From NCBI GenBank assembly GCA_963666285.1, contig OY762711.1: 64,000 nucleotides of DNA; one strand, written 5' to 3'. The stretch is from Sedimentisphaerales bacterium. GTDB lineage: Bacteria > Planctomycetota > Phycisphaerae > Sedimentisphaerales > SM23-30. Of the stretch, positions 21,860 to 31,250 are shown piece by piece. A program made the position numbers and the translations under genes. Within the stretch, counting starts at the first letter, position 1, and every line of letters starts with the position of its first letter. The notes beneath the pieces are model-generated. The model was not told where the DNA came from and searched no databases. It was given only the letters and a program-made list of their open reading frames with translations.

Positions 21860-22334
21860 ATGAAACCCCTTATACTTAAAAGACCTATTCATGTATAACA
21901 CACTATCTAACAAAGCTTTATCTCTCATCTCTCTTCTTTTCCTTTACCCAAAATCTCTCTCTTTACTCATATTATCTGTTCTATGTAGAAAATATATCGA
22001 CTTTTTCCCAGAACTACTACTAAATAAACGACAGGGCAATGCCCTTTCATGTGAAAAAAATATAAATTTTTCGTTATTTATTCGCTAATCATTTCCCAGC
22101 ATATATTTGTTCTGTATTACCGGCAATATCTACCTGTGTTTTTTACTATTTTTTAAAAAAGATATTTTATGGGTTGATGTTTTCTGTCTTTAACTAATTA
22201 TAAATGTGAACGATCTGTGTAATAATCATGCGCACTTTTGCAAAAAAACTTGCATAATTTGTGCTTTACGTCTTTCTGTTTAGGTTTTTGTTTGTTTTTA
22301 GTCTTTACTCTAAGTATATATTGAAAGGTCAGTT

Positions 22335-23174
22335 ATGTGTAGTAAACAGCATTTGAAAAAGGGTTTCACGTTAATCGAGTTATTGGTTGTTATCTCCATT
22401 ATTGCGTTATTGGTGTCGATTTTGATGCCTGCATTGGGAAAAGCCAAGGATCAGGCCAAAAAAACTGTCTGCTCTTCAAACCTCCGCAGTCTAACAATGG
22501 CGATGAAATACTATTGTGATGAAAATGATGGGCACACTCCTAGCTCCACCAATACCTGGAGTGATGGTGGCGTCACCAAGGCTGGTTGGTGTGGGCTAAC
22601 CTGCGATTCTACAGGTGCTCTCTACGATCCGCAGGAGCAGGTTCACGGCTTTACTACTGATGAGTATACTGGTCTTGAAAGAGGGCAGCTTTGGAAATAT
22701 GTTGATTCCAGCGAAATGTGGCGATGTCCCGCAGATCCAAAGAAAGAGCAGCTTAGAAGCTACTGTATGAGTGCCCAATGGTGGGGTACACATACCACCA
22801 CCGGTGATATGGTCTATTATGATACTGCTACTGCCGGTCTCGTATTAGATAATATTGACAGAATTAAGAGAGCATCCGAGCGTTTCACTTTCGTTGACCA
22901 GCTTGGCATGAACCTTGACGCTTATTATGCGATCTGGTATAGTCAGACTAAATGGTGGAATATACCAAACTACAAACATAGCGGTGGGTCTGTCAACGCT
23001 TTTGCTGACGGTCACGTTGAAGGCTATAAAATGCTGAGCGAAACAGTCAAAGCTGCCGAAGATGCTTATGCTGCTGCTGCTTCTGTTACCGATTTTAAAA
23101 TGCCGCAGACTGATATGCCTAGCGTCGATCTTGAATACTATCAGCGGGCAACCTGGGGTAAACTTGGTTGGTAA
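22335..23174 (+). CDS. prepilin-type N-terminal cleavage/methylation protein with H-X9-DG motif (DUF1559-like)
   Basis: [46 protein letters not shown]. Confidence 0.9.
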   Translation: MCSKQHLKKGFTLIELLVVISIIALLVSILMPALGKAKDQAKKTVCSSNLRSLTMAMKYYCDENDGHTPSSTNTWSDGGVTKAGWCGLTCDSTGALYDPQEQVHGFTTDEYTGLERGQLWKYVDSSEMWRCPADPKKEQLRSYCMSAQWWGTHTTTGDMVYYDTATAGLVLDNIDRIKRASERFTFVDQLGMNLDAYYAIWYSQTKWWNIPNYKHSGGSVNAFADGHVEGYKMLSETVKAAEDAYAAAASVTDFKMPQTDMPSVDLEYYQRATWGKLGW

Positions 23175-23190
23175 TTATACCCATAATAGT

Positions 23191-23261
23191 TGAAATTGCC
23201 CGGTCGAGCGTGTAAATGATTAATTACTATTATTTACCTACCGAGCGATCGGGCAATTTCA
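23191..23261 (+). other. intergenic stem-loop between pilin and glycosidase genes
   Basis: TGAAATTGCCCGGTCG...CGATCGGGCAATTTCA inverted repeat with no U tail. Confidence 0.6.
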
Positions 23262-23281
23262 TACACTATAGGCTGTATTTT

Positions 23282-25357
23282 ATGAAAAACTTATTCTCTC
23301 TGCTATTGACCGTTCTGATTTTTTCGATTGCTATTATCCCGCTCGCGAATGCAGAACCGCCAGACAATAAGAGTGACATTACCGTTGCCGCATACTATTA
23401 CCCTTGCACCCACCCGGACCCGCGCTGGGACAAAGCAAAATATCCCGGCTTTACCGAATGGGATTTGATTCGCAAAGCCAAACCTCGCTTTCCCGGCCAT
23501 AAACAGCCCAGGGTGCCTCTATGGGGCTATCTTGATGAATCAGACCCGGACGTAATGGCTAAAAAAATTGCCGCCGCCGCTGATTATGGCGTCGATGCGT
23601 TTATCTTTGATTGGTATTATTATGACGATGGGCCGTATCTCGAAAGGGCTCTGGACAACGGCTTTCTAAAAGCTGAAAATAACGACCGCGTTAAATTTGC
23701 CCTGATGTATGCCAATCACGACTGGTACGACATACAAGGCTACAATCCGGTTGGCCGGTTTAAGCTGCTCTATCCGGGGCGGATTAAACCTCAAACCTGG
23801 GAAACCATTACTGATCTGGTCATCAACCGTTATTTCAAACATCCCAGTTATTGGAAAATTGACGGCAAACCTTATTTCTCGATATATGAAATTCAGCTCT
23901 TTCTGGAAAGCTTCGGTAGCGTAAAGGCTGCCGCTGACGCCTTGGATCGGTTCCGTCAAAAGGCTGAGTTCGCCGGTTTGCCTGGCATACATATCAATGC
24001 TATTCTATGGGGACAACCAAACCTGCCCGGCGGCAATACCCCGACCGACTGGCCTTATCTATGCCAGGCTCTCAAACTCGATAGTCTTACCGGCTATACT
24101 TGGGTTCATCATGGTGCTCTGAACTACGGCACATTTCCTGTTTCAGACTACAACTGGGGGCGGGACCGTTATTTGGCCTTTCTTGACAATGCATTCAATC
24201 AATATCCCGTACCTTATTTCCCTAATACAACTATTAACTGGGACAACAGCCCGCGTGCCCATCCCGATGCCGATTGGTCCGGGCCGGCCGCTCATGTTGT
24301 CAACCCGGTCATGCAGGGCAATACCCCCTCGGCATTCAAGCAGGCAACACAGATTATTATCAAGCGGTTGATGAATTCAAACGTTGAGCCAAAGATACTT
24401 ACGGTTAACGCCTGGAACGAATGGCCAGAAGGCAGTTGCCTGGAGCCGGAGCAGGAATATGGTTACGGCTACCTGCAAGCGATACACGAACTCAAACAGC
24501 CGACTGTTATGCTAGTTGCGCCTGATGATTTTGAAACTGGCTGCCGGGTTAAAACAGACACTGTCTTAACCTGGGAAGAGCTCATTCCCGGTTCGATTAA
24601 AGATCCGGCCTTCAATGTCTACCTGGGCTCCGATAAGGCAAAGGTTACTTCATTAGACCCTGCTGCTTTGGTCAGTACCAGACAAAGTTCTTTCTTTTTT
24701 ACCCCTAACCTCGCTCCCGGCACACTTTACTACTGGACAGTAGCAGCATATATCGACAAAGCCGACCCTAAGCCGATCGTAGTTGCGAAAACCCGCTCAT
24801 TCAAAACGGTTTATAAAGATGAACATTGGACTGATGCTCCTTGGACCGATGATTCTGATTCCGGGATCAGTACCGGCAAGGTTTACACTCATAAGGTCAA
24901 CTTTAATGCCGACGAAACGACTTCTACTGTCATCAACGGCGTTGCTTTCGAAAATGATAACGACCGAAAAGGATCAAACTGGCATCTAACCGGTGCTCCT
25001 GCTAAAACCGGCAGCAGCCATCACATCGCCGGAAACTGCGGCTCGTTAGTAAATGATTTCTACTACGATACCCCGGCAGTTTTAACTCTTACCGGGCTTA
25101 CTCCCGGCATTGAATATATACTTACAAACTATACTCGCGGGTGGGGCAGTGCAGGTACCAGGTACGTTCAGGTAAAAACCGATACTGATGGCCGCATAAC
25201 TGCTTTTGACCAGAATACTGCTGGCGACGGCAATGGCCGCTTATTCAAATTTCAATATACTGCTCCTGACTCCGGCCGGCTTACTCTTACATTCACACCT
25301 CTTGATCCGTCCAGTACCTGGCACCACTACGCTTTCACCAACGAAGTCTTACCATAA
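23282..25357 (+). CDS. secreted glycoside hydrolase family 99-like (WbsX-like) protein with C-terminal accessory domains
   Basis: VAAYYYP, FTEWD, PLWGYLDE, FIFDWY, WDNSPR, NAWNEWPEG.CLEP. Confidence 0.8.
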   Translation: MKNLFSLLLTVLIFSIAIIPLANAEPPDNKSDITVAAYYYPCTHPDPRWDKAKYPGFTEWDLIRKAKPRFPGHKQPRVPLWGYLDESDPDVMAKKIAAAADYGVDAFIFDWYYYDDGPYLERALDNGFLKAENNDRVKFALMYANHDWYDIQGYNPVGRFKLLYPGRIKPQTWETITDLVINRYFKHPSYWKIDGKPYFSIYEIQLFLESFGSVKAAADALDRFRQKAEFAGLPGIHINAILWGQPNLPGGNTPTDWPYLCQALKLDSLTGYTWVHHGALNYGTFPVSDYNWGRDRYLAFLDNAFNQYPVPYFPNTTINWDNSPRAHPDADWSGPAAHVVNPVMQGNTPSAFKQATQIIIKRLMNSNVEPKILTVNAWNEWPEGSCLEPEQEYGYGYLQAIHELKQPTVMLVAPDDFETGCRVKTDTVLTWEELIPGSIKDPAFNVYLGSDKAKVTSLDPAALVSTRQSSFFFTPNLAPGTLYYWTVAAYIDKADPKPIVVAKTRSFKTVYKDEHWTDAPWTDDSDSGISTGKVYTHKVNFNADETTSTVINGVAFENDNDRKGSNWHLTGAPAKTGSSHHIAGNCGSLVNDFYYDTPAVLTLTGLTPGIEYILTNYTRGWGSAGTRYVQVKTDTDGRITAFDQNTAGDGNGRLFKFQYTAPDSGRLTLTFTPLDPSSTWHHYAFTNEVLP

Positions 25358-25607
25358 TATATTCGCTTGTCAAAGATTGCGTTCTATAGACTCAGTGGTA
25401 TGGTTAATTCAGGTCGCCAAGGACCTATAGATTTATGCGTTCACGCGGTCTGTAGTGTCGTAGTTTGTCCAGCTGGGAGTTTTGGGTGACACCTTACCTC
25501 TCTCTCTTCTCTTTTTTTTATCCTCTACAGTCAAGAAAATCGATATTTTCTAAGATTCATACCTGTAACTTATATTAAATTATACGGAAGGATTTATGTT
25601 GATACGG

Positions 25608-25721
25608 TTGGATTTCTTAACGAATGTTGCGAGAATTGCATTGAATTTCTAAATTAACAATTAAGAAAAAACCTTGATTTTCTAAATTGAAAGTATTAAA
25701 ATATGCTTGAATTTCCTATTT
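25608..25721 (+). repeat. four direct repeats TTG(A/G)(A/T)TTTC at exact 33-bp period
   Basis: Copies start at 25608, 25641, 25674, 25707. Confidence 0.7.
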
Positions 25722-25778
25722 GTAATCTCAAATTTTTATATAAGTATTTAATATATATAACCTTAAAGGTATTGTCTT

Positions 25779-27092
25779 ATGAAAAGACTAGCAGAAAAAC
25801 GGATATTAACCTGGAAAAATTCAGATAATAGAAAGCCATTGATAATACGCGGAGCACGGCAGGTGGGGAAAACCTGGCTGGTAAAAGAGGTCCTGGCCAA
25901 AGAATTTGAACATTTTGCCATGGTTGATCTTGAAACTCGAAGGGATCTGCATCGATATTTTGAGAGAAACCTTGTGCCTGGAGACATCTTAAATGGAATT
26001 GAACAGATAACCGGCCATATAGAGCCGGGAAAAACATTGCTTTTTTTAGATGAGATCCAGGCATGTCCGAGGGCAATAACTGCTTTACGGTATTTTTACG
26101 AAGAAATGCCGGAATTGCATGTTGTAGCTGCGGGCTCTATGTTGGAATTTGCTTTTAGTGAAATTTCTGTTCCGGTGGGACGAGTGCAGTATTTACATAT
26201 TTACCCAATGACATTTTATGAGTATTTGCTGGCGACAGGTAGAGAAACTATGGCAGATGCAACATTGAAATGTCAAAAGGATGTCGATCCGTATCAGCAG
26301 GAAGATATTCTGGAGGAGTTAAGAAAATACTTTTTTATTGGCGGCATGCCTGAAGCAGTAAAAAGGTATAAAGATACAGGTTCGCTCGTTAAAGTATTCG
26401 AAACTCAATCTGAGATACTGGATTCATATAGAGATGATTTCGCGAAATATACTCCAAGGGTAGACATAACATGCCTTGATGAAGTGTTTTTAGCCGCATC
26501 AAAATCTGTTGGCGAACAGATAAAATATGCCAGGCTCTGTGATAGTTTTACTGGTGTAACAAACCATAAGGCTTTTGACCTGTTGGTTAAGGCAAAGGTT
26601 TTACATAAAGTGCCTTCTTGTGATCCATCCGGCTTACCTTTGGGTGCTAGTGCCCGGCAAAAGAAGTTTAAGGCTTGTATGCTTGACATTGGCCTTTTAC
26701 AGCGGCTTTGCCAAGTGCCGGTAGATATTGAAATGAATCAAAAAGATTTACTGGCGATATATAGAGGGCAATTGGCAGAACAGTTTGTCGGTCAGGAAAT
26801 GCTTGCCTGGCACAACCGGGAGCTATACTACTGGGCCAGAGGAGCCAGAGGCAGCAGTGCTGAAGTAGATTACCTTACTGTTATTGATGGGGAAATATAC
26901 CCTGTTGAAGTTAAATCCGGGCCAAGCGGTAAACTTCGCAGCATGCACCAGATGCTCAAGGAATATCCGAATTGCCCGGGAGGGTTTGTGTTATATAGTG
27001 GAACATACGAGCAGATACCGGAGCAGAAAATAACATTCCTGCCGCTTTATGCAGTAGCAACGATAGGTAGTAGAGAGCAGGTAATGTTGTGA
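25779..27092 (+). CDS. AAA_14 ATPase with DUF4143 / PD-(D/E)XK-like C-terminus
   Basis: Walker A GARQVGKT, Walker B LFLDEIQ, GGMPE, EVDY...PVEVKSG. Confidence 0.88.
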   Translation: MKRLAEKRILTWKNSDNRKPLIIRGARQVGKTWLVKEVLAKEFEHFAMVDLETRRDLHRYFERNLVPGDILNGIEQITGHIEPGKTLLFLDEIQACPRAITALRYFYEEMPELHVVAAGSMLEFAFSEISVPVGRVQYLHIYPMTFYEYLLATGRETMADATLKCQKDVDPYQQEDILEELRKYFFIGGMPEAVKRYKDTGSLVKVFETQSEILDSYRDDFAKYTPRVDITCLDEVFLAASKSVGEQIKYARLCDSFTGVTNHKAFDLLVKAKVLHKVPSCDPSGLPLGASARQKKFKACMLDIGLLQRLCQVPVDIEMNQKDLLAIYRGQLAEQFVGQEMLAWHNRELYYWARGARGSSAEVDYLTVIDGEIYPVEVKSGPSGKLRSMHQMLKEYPNCPGGFVLYSGTYEQIPEQKITFLPLYAVATIGSREQVML

Positions 27093-27528
27093 TTCTTTTA
27101 CTGCTTCTTCTTCCTTTTGAAGCATTTTCAAATCGTTGTCTAACATGATTATGTAATACCAGGTTACTTTATGATTTTTATTCAGGAAAAAGTAATAAAA
27201 CATTCTAACAAGCCGGAGGCCGACAGATTTTATAATTACTCATTTGCCGTAATAGGCAAATAAGTATCTGAATCTAAATGTTGGGTAATTCAAGTAGATA
27301 GCCGCTTTATTTTTTGAAGAGTATAATATGTTTTTGTAATCTAATGGTGAACTCTGAAAATTGCTATTGATGCGAGAGTTTAAGATTTTGGTTGTTGACA
27401 AGGAATATAAAATAGTGCATATTGGGCTATATTCACTGCTTTATGTGACGCATGTCAGCAGGCATAAGAAAAACTATTCGCTCAAAATGAATTTTCAGAG
27501 ATTGCCTGAATATTGATAAGGTAATGGG

Positions 27529-28509
27529 ATGATGATGGTGTATCCAGTTTTGGCTTTGATGGTTGGTCTGGCTCTTTTGGTATGGAGTGCCGACCGTTTT
27601 GTTGAGGGAGCAGCCTCAACTGCTAGATATTTTGGCATGCCGCCTTTGCTGATCGGCATGGTGATTGTAGGATTCGGAACCTCCGCTCCGGAAATGGTGG
27701 TTTCGGCACTGGCTGCCTTTGAAGGTAGCCCGGGGATCGCTCTTGGCAACGCTTACGGATCCAATATTGCCAACATTGCTTTGATATTGGGGGTGACGGC
27801 ATTGATCAGCCCGATTATGGTGCATTCTACTGTATTGCGCAAAGAGCTGCCAATTCTGACGTTATTGACCGTTCTAAGCTTAGTGCTGATTGTTGACTTT
27901 GAATTGTCCAGGTTAGATGCGATTATACTCCTGTTGGTATTTAGCGGCCTGATGGTATGGACCATTTTCCAAGGGGTTAAAAGAAAAGCGGATTCTCTGG
28001 CAAAAGAGGTGGAAGATGATGCCGCTGATAAAGAAATGCCGGTTAAACGGGCTGTTTTCTGGCTTATTGCCGGTTTATTGATGCTTATTGCCAGCTCTCG
28101 GATTCTCGTTTGGGGGGCGATAGAAATTGCTAAGATTTTTGGGGTGAGCGACATGATCATAGGTTTGACTATCGTTGCAGTGGGCACTTCTTTACCGGAG
28201 CTGGCGTCATCGGTCATAGCGGCTCGAAAGGGTGAGTATGATATCGCTCTGGGTAATATCCTTGGCTCAAACCTGTTTAATACTCTGGCTGTTGTAGGCA
28301 TTGCAGGTACTATTCATCCTTTTGCTGTGGGATATGATACACTCTCCAGGGATATGGTTGTCATGGGAGCTTTAACCGTTTCGCTTTTCCTGATTTGTTA
28401 TGGTTTTAGGGGACGGCAGGGACGTATAAACCGTATTGAGGGGGCAATGTTGCTTTTTTCGTATGTTGTTTATTCGGCGTGGCTAATAATCGGTGTGGTT
28501 CACCAGTAA
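27529..28509 (+). CDS. calcium/sodium antiporter (CaCA, YrbG-like)
   Basis: Alpha repeats GTSAPE / GTSLPE, GNAYGSNIAN / GNILGSNLFN. Confidence 0.92.
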   Translation: MMMVYPVLALMVGLALLVWSADRFVEGAASTARYFGMPPLLIGMVIVGFGTSAPEMVVSALAAFEGSPGIALGNAYGSNIANIALILGVTALISPIMVHSTVLRKELPILTLLTVLSLVLIVDFELSRLDAIILLLVFSGLMVWTIFQGVKRKADSLAKEVEDDAADKEMPVKRAVFWLIAGLLMLIASSRILVWGAIEIAKIFGVSDMIIGLTIVAVGTSLPELASSVIAARKGEYDIALGNILGSNLFNTLAVVGIAGTIHPFAVGYDTLSRDMVVMGALTVSLFLICYGFRGRQGRINRIEGAMLLFSYVVYSAWLIIGVVHQ

Positions 28510-28909
28510 GAACCAGACTCTGAAGTATAGGTTAAACGCATCTTGCTATCTCGGACACACTAGTGGAAATATGTACATATAAAATTACATAACCCTTGTA
28601 AGGATATAAGGACTTTTTTAGATATGCTGTTTCTCTGGAAACAGTTTTTATTGAGTGGGAAACTAGGCAGAAATTGGACAGGGGACTGGGGAGGTTTGTC
28701 TTGGAATGGACAAGGCTGAGTGGGGGAGATTTATCAAGTCATTATTGTAATGTCTGGGGATGGGCATTAAAGTATAAGTTGATATCCCATCGTTATTTAA
28801 GTCTTTTAGGAAAGTATATATATTATGAGTATGATAAAGTTGCTGGTGAAAAAAATAAAGTTAAAATAATGTATGTTAAGAAATATTGTGAGATAGCATT
28901 ATAACTATA

Positions 28910-29413
28910 GTGATGAAAATAACAGAAAATAAAATTTTAGAGATTTTGCTCAAGAGTCGTATGAAACTTACTGCTTATATACGTACTATTGTAGGGGATT
29001 TTCATTGTGCAGAGGATGTTTTCCAGGATGTTTCCATGAAAGCAATTCGCTCAAGTGAACAATTTAAAGATATAAAACATCTCGAGCGTTGGCTTTGGGT
29101 TGTATGCCGCAACGATGCGTTAATTAAGCAGAGAGAACAAAAGAAATTACCTGTTTTTATAGACAAAGATATATTGGATTCAATTCATGATGAGTTCCAG
29201 AAAACAAACCTTTATGATTTAAATGATACAGAAATAAAATTAGAGAAATGTTTAGGTAAGTTAACAGGTTTCTCCAGAAAACTGATCATGTTGAGATATC
29301 GTAAGAACTTAACTGGGCAAAAGCTAGCAAAAGAGCTGAATAGAAAAGTAGAGTCGATCTATGTAGCTTTGAGCAGGACTCATAAGACTTTACGAGAATG
29401 CATGAAGAGGTAA
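28910..29413 (+). CDS. ECF sigma-70 factor
   Basis: AEDVFQDV region 2, WL....RN, C-terminal HTH LMLRY...SIYVALSR...LRECM. Confidence 0.88.
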   Translation: MMKITENKILEILLKSRMKLTAYIRTIVGDFHCAEDVFQDVSMKAIRSSEQFKDIKHLERWLWVVCRNDALIKQREQKKLPVFIDKDILDSIHDEFQKTNLYDLNDTEIKLEKCLGKLTGFSRKLIMLRYRKNLTGQKLAKELNRKVESIYVALSRTHKTLRECMKR

Positions 29414-29436
29414 TTAGCCAAAATGCTGGATAAAGT

Positions 29437-31170
29437 ATGAACCAGAAAAACGACAAAGAAATAAAAGACAAATTGGAAGAATTTGATTCACTTGTATATG
29501 CCTACTTTGATGGTATGGTAGATATACAGCAAATGGATGTCTTAAAACAATATTTGAGAGAAAAGTCATATGTTCGCAGGTTGGTAGATCTTTGTAGGCA
29601 CGACCAGTTGATTTATGAGTTAATGTCTTATGATGAACAGACGTTAGGTGATATTGAAACAAAAGTCTTTAGTGAAATCAAAGACGAAGGTAGTGTTTTA
29701 AAGGATTTAATTGCGTTAGAGCAGAATTCACCTGCAATTGAAATCCATAGCGAAGAGAAAAATATTGAAATCATATCAGAAATAGTTGAAAAAAAACAAT
29801 CTACGGGGAAATTTATTAAGTTGTATAATCGGATGATTTATATAGCTGCTGTATTTATGGTCATATTTATCGTTTATGCTAATGTTTTCCCCCCGCAATT
29901 ATCTGAAGAAGTAGCAACAGTGGTTGATCAATTGGATGTTAAGTGGGATATTTCTTCAGCTAAGCTAAAAAATGGTGAAAGAATACTAACTAATCAGTTG
30001 CCTTATAAGGTTGAGAAAGGGATAGTTAAGTTTTCTTATGATGAAGGAGTCGATGTTGTTATAGAAGGGCCAGCAGAGTTTACCGTAGAAAAGAAAGGTA
30101 TAACAATATCCAAAGGTCTTTTGTACTCGTATGTTTCAGAAGTTGGTCAAGGATTTACTGTAGATACTCCCAATAATCGGTTTATTGACCATGGCACAGA
30201 ATTTGGTGTTTATGTTGATCAAAATGCAACATCAGAGCTTCATGTTTATACTGGTGCAGTGCAATATTACTCCGGAATAAAAGGAGCTCCTAAGGCCAGT
30301 AAGACAATTAGAGCAAATAATGCTAGAAGGTTTGATGCAGATTCTGGGCAAATTCAAAATATACGAGTTGAAGAGAATTTCTTTGCCAGAGATGTAAATT
30401 CAAAAACAGGTATAATATGGCGTGGTCAGGATATAGATTTGGCAGATATTGTTGGCGGTGGTACTGGCTTCGGAGGTGGCGAGCTGGAAAGCGGTATTGA
30501 CGTTGAAGATGGTCAGTGGAAGAATAAGGAAGTGCTGTATAGACAAAACTTGAGTGTCGGATGGATAAGATATAGTGACAATAAATATAATAAGGTTCCA
30601 ACTATAGATTATATTGATGGTGTATTTGTTCCATATGATGCTAATGGTCCGGTTCAACTTTCATCAAAAGGGCATAAATATTCTGGTTTTCATGTAGGTA
30701 GTAACGAGCACTGGAACAATATTTGCTTTGGTGCCTGGCATGAATCAAGTCATGCACCTAAGCATAATTTGAGCTCTGAAGGTATAACTTATGGTTTAGA
30801 TAGTGATACGGCTGCAATTACAATACATTCCAATCAGGGAATTACTTTTGACTTAGATGCGATCAGGAAAAATATACCTGAAAGAAGAATCTCTAAATTT
30901 ACAACAAAAGTAGCGATTTCAGAATCGATATTATTTTTTGGCAAGGAAGACGGTGTCGAAGAAAATCCTTCAAAGGTTGACTTCTGGTGTTTTGTCGATG
31001 GCGAGCTAAGAGATAAGCAAGAAGGTATTACATATAGAGACGGGCTGGTTGAAGTTGAAATAGTCCTGGATGACAACGAAAGATATTTAACGCTCGTTGT
31101 AACAGAATCTGATGATAAATGTAGTTTTGACTGGGCTTTTCTTGCAAGACCGGTATTGGTTGTAGAATAA
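29437..31170 (+). CDS. FecR-like anti-sigma factor with C-terminal NPCBM/NEW2-like domain
   Basis: Single TM; VVIEGPAEF, GFTVDTP, DHGTEFGV, HVYTGAV; C-terminal ITFDLDAIR...FVDG...YLTLVVT. Confidence 0.82.
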   Translation: MNQKNDKEIKDKLEEFDSLVYAYFDGMVDIQQMDVLKQYLREKSYVRRLVDLCRHDQLIYELMSYDEQTLGDIETKVFSEIKDEGSVLKDLIALEQNSPAIEIHSEEKNIEIISEIVEKKQSTGKFIKLYNRMIYIAAVFMVIFIVYANVFPPQLSEEVATVVDQLDVKWDISSAKLKNGERILTNQLPYKVEKGIVKFSYDEGVDVVIEGPAEFTVEKKGITISKGLLYSYVSEVGQGFTVDTPNNRFIDHGTEFGVYVDQNATSELHVYTGAVQYYSGIKGAPKASKTIRANNARRFDADSGQIQNIRVEENFFARDVNSKTGIIWRGQDIDLADIVGGGTGFGGGELESGIDVEDGQWKNKEVLYRQNLSVGWIRYSDNKYNKVPTIDYIDGVFVPYDANGPVQLSSKGHKYSGFHVGSNEHWNNICFGAWHESSHAPKHNLSSEGITYGLDSDTAAITIHSNQGITFDLDAIRKNIPERRISKFTTKVAISESILFFGKEDGVEENPSKVDFWCFVDGELRDKQEGITYRDGLVEVEIVLDDNERYLTLVVTESDDKCSFDWAFLARPVLVVE

Positions 31171-31250
31171 AATAGCTCGATTTCAAGTATTCGTCAAATA
31201 TGTTTAGGCAGTATGGTTTCTTAATAATGAATAAAAGAAGAGAATGGTAT

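Noticed and set aside
25608..25721. CRISPR array
   Set aside because: Repeats are only about 10-15 bp, degenerate, with a 33-bp period, and no cas genes are present
27395..27528. Cation-sensing riboswitch upstream of the Ca/Na antiporter
   Set aside because: Only a small hairpin; no yybP-ykoY or other recognisable consensus
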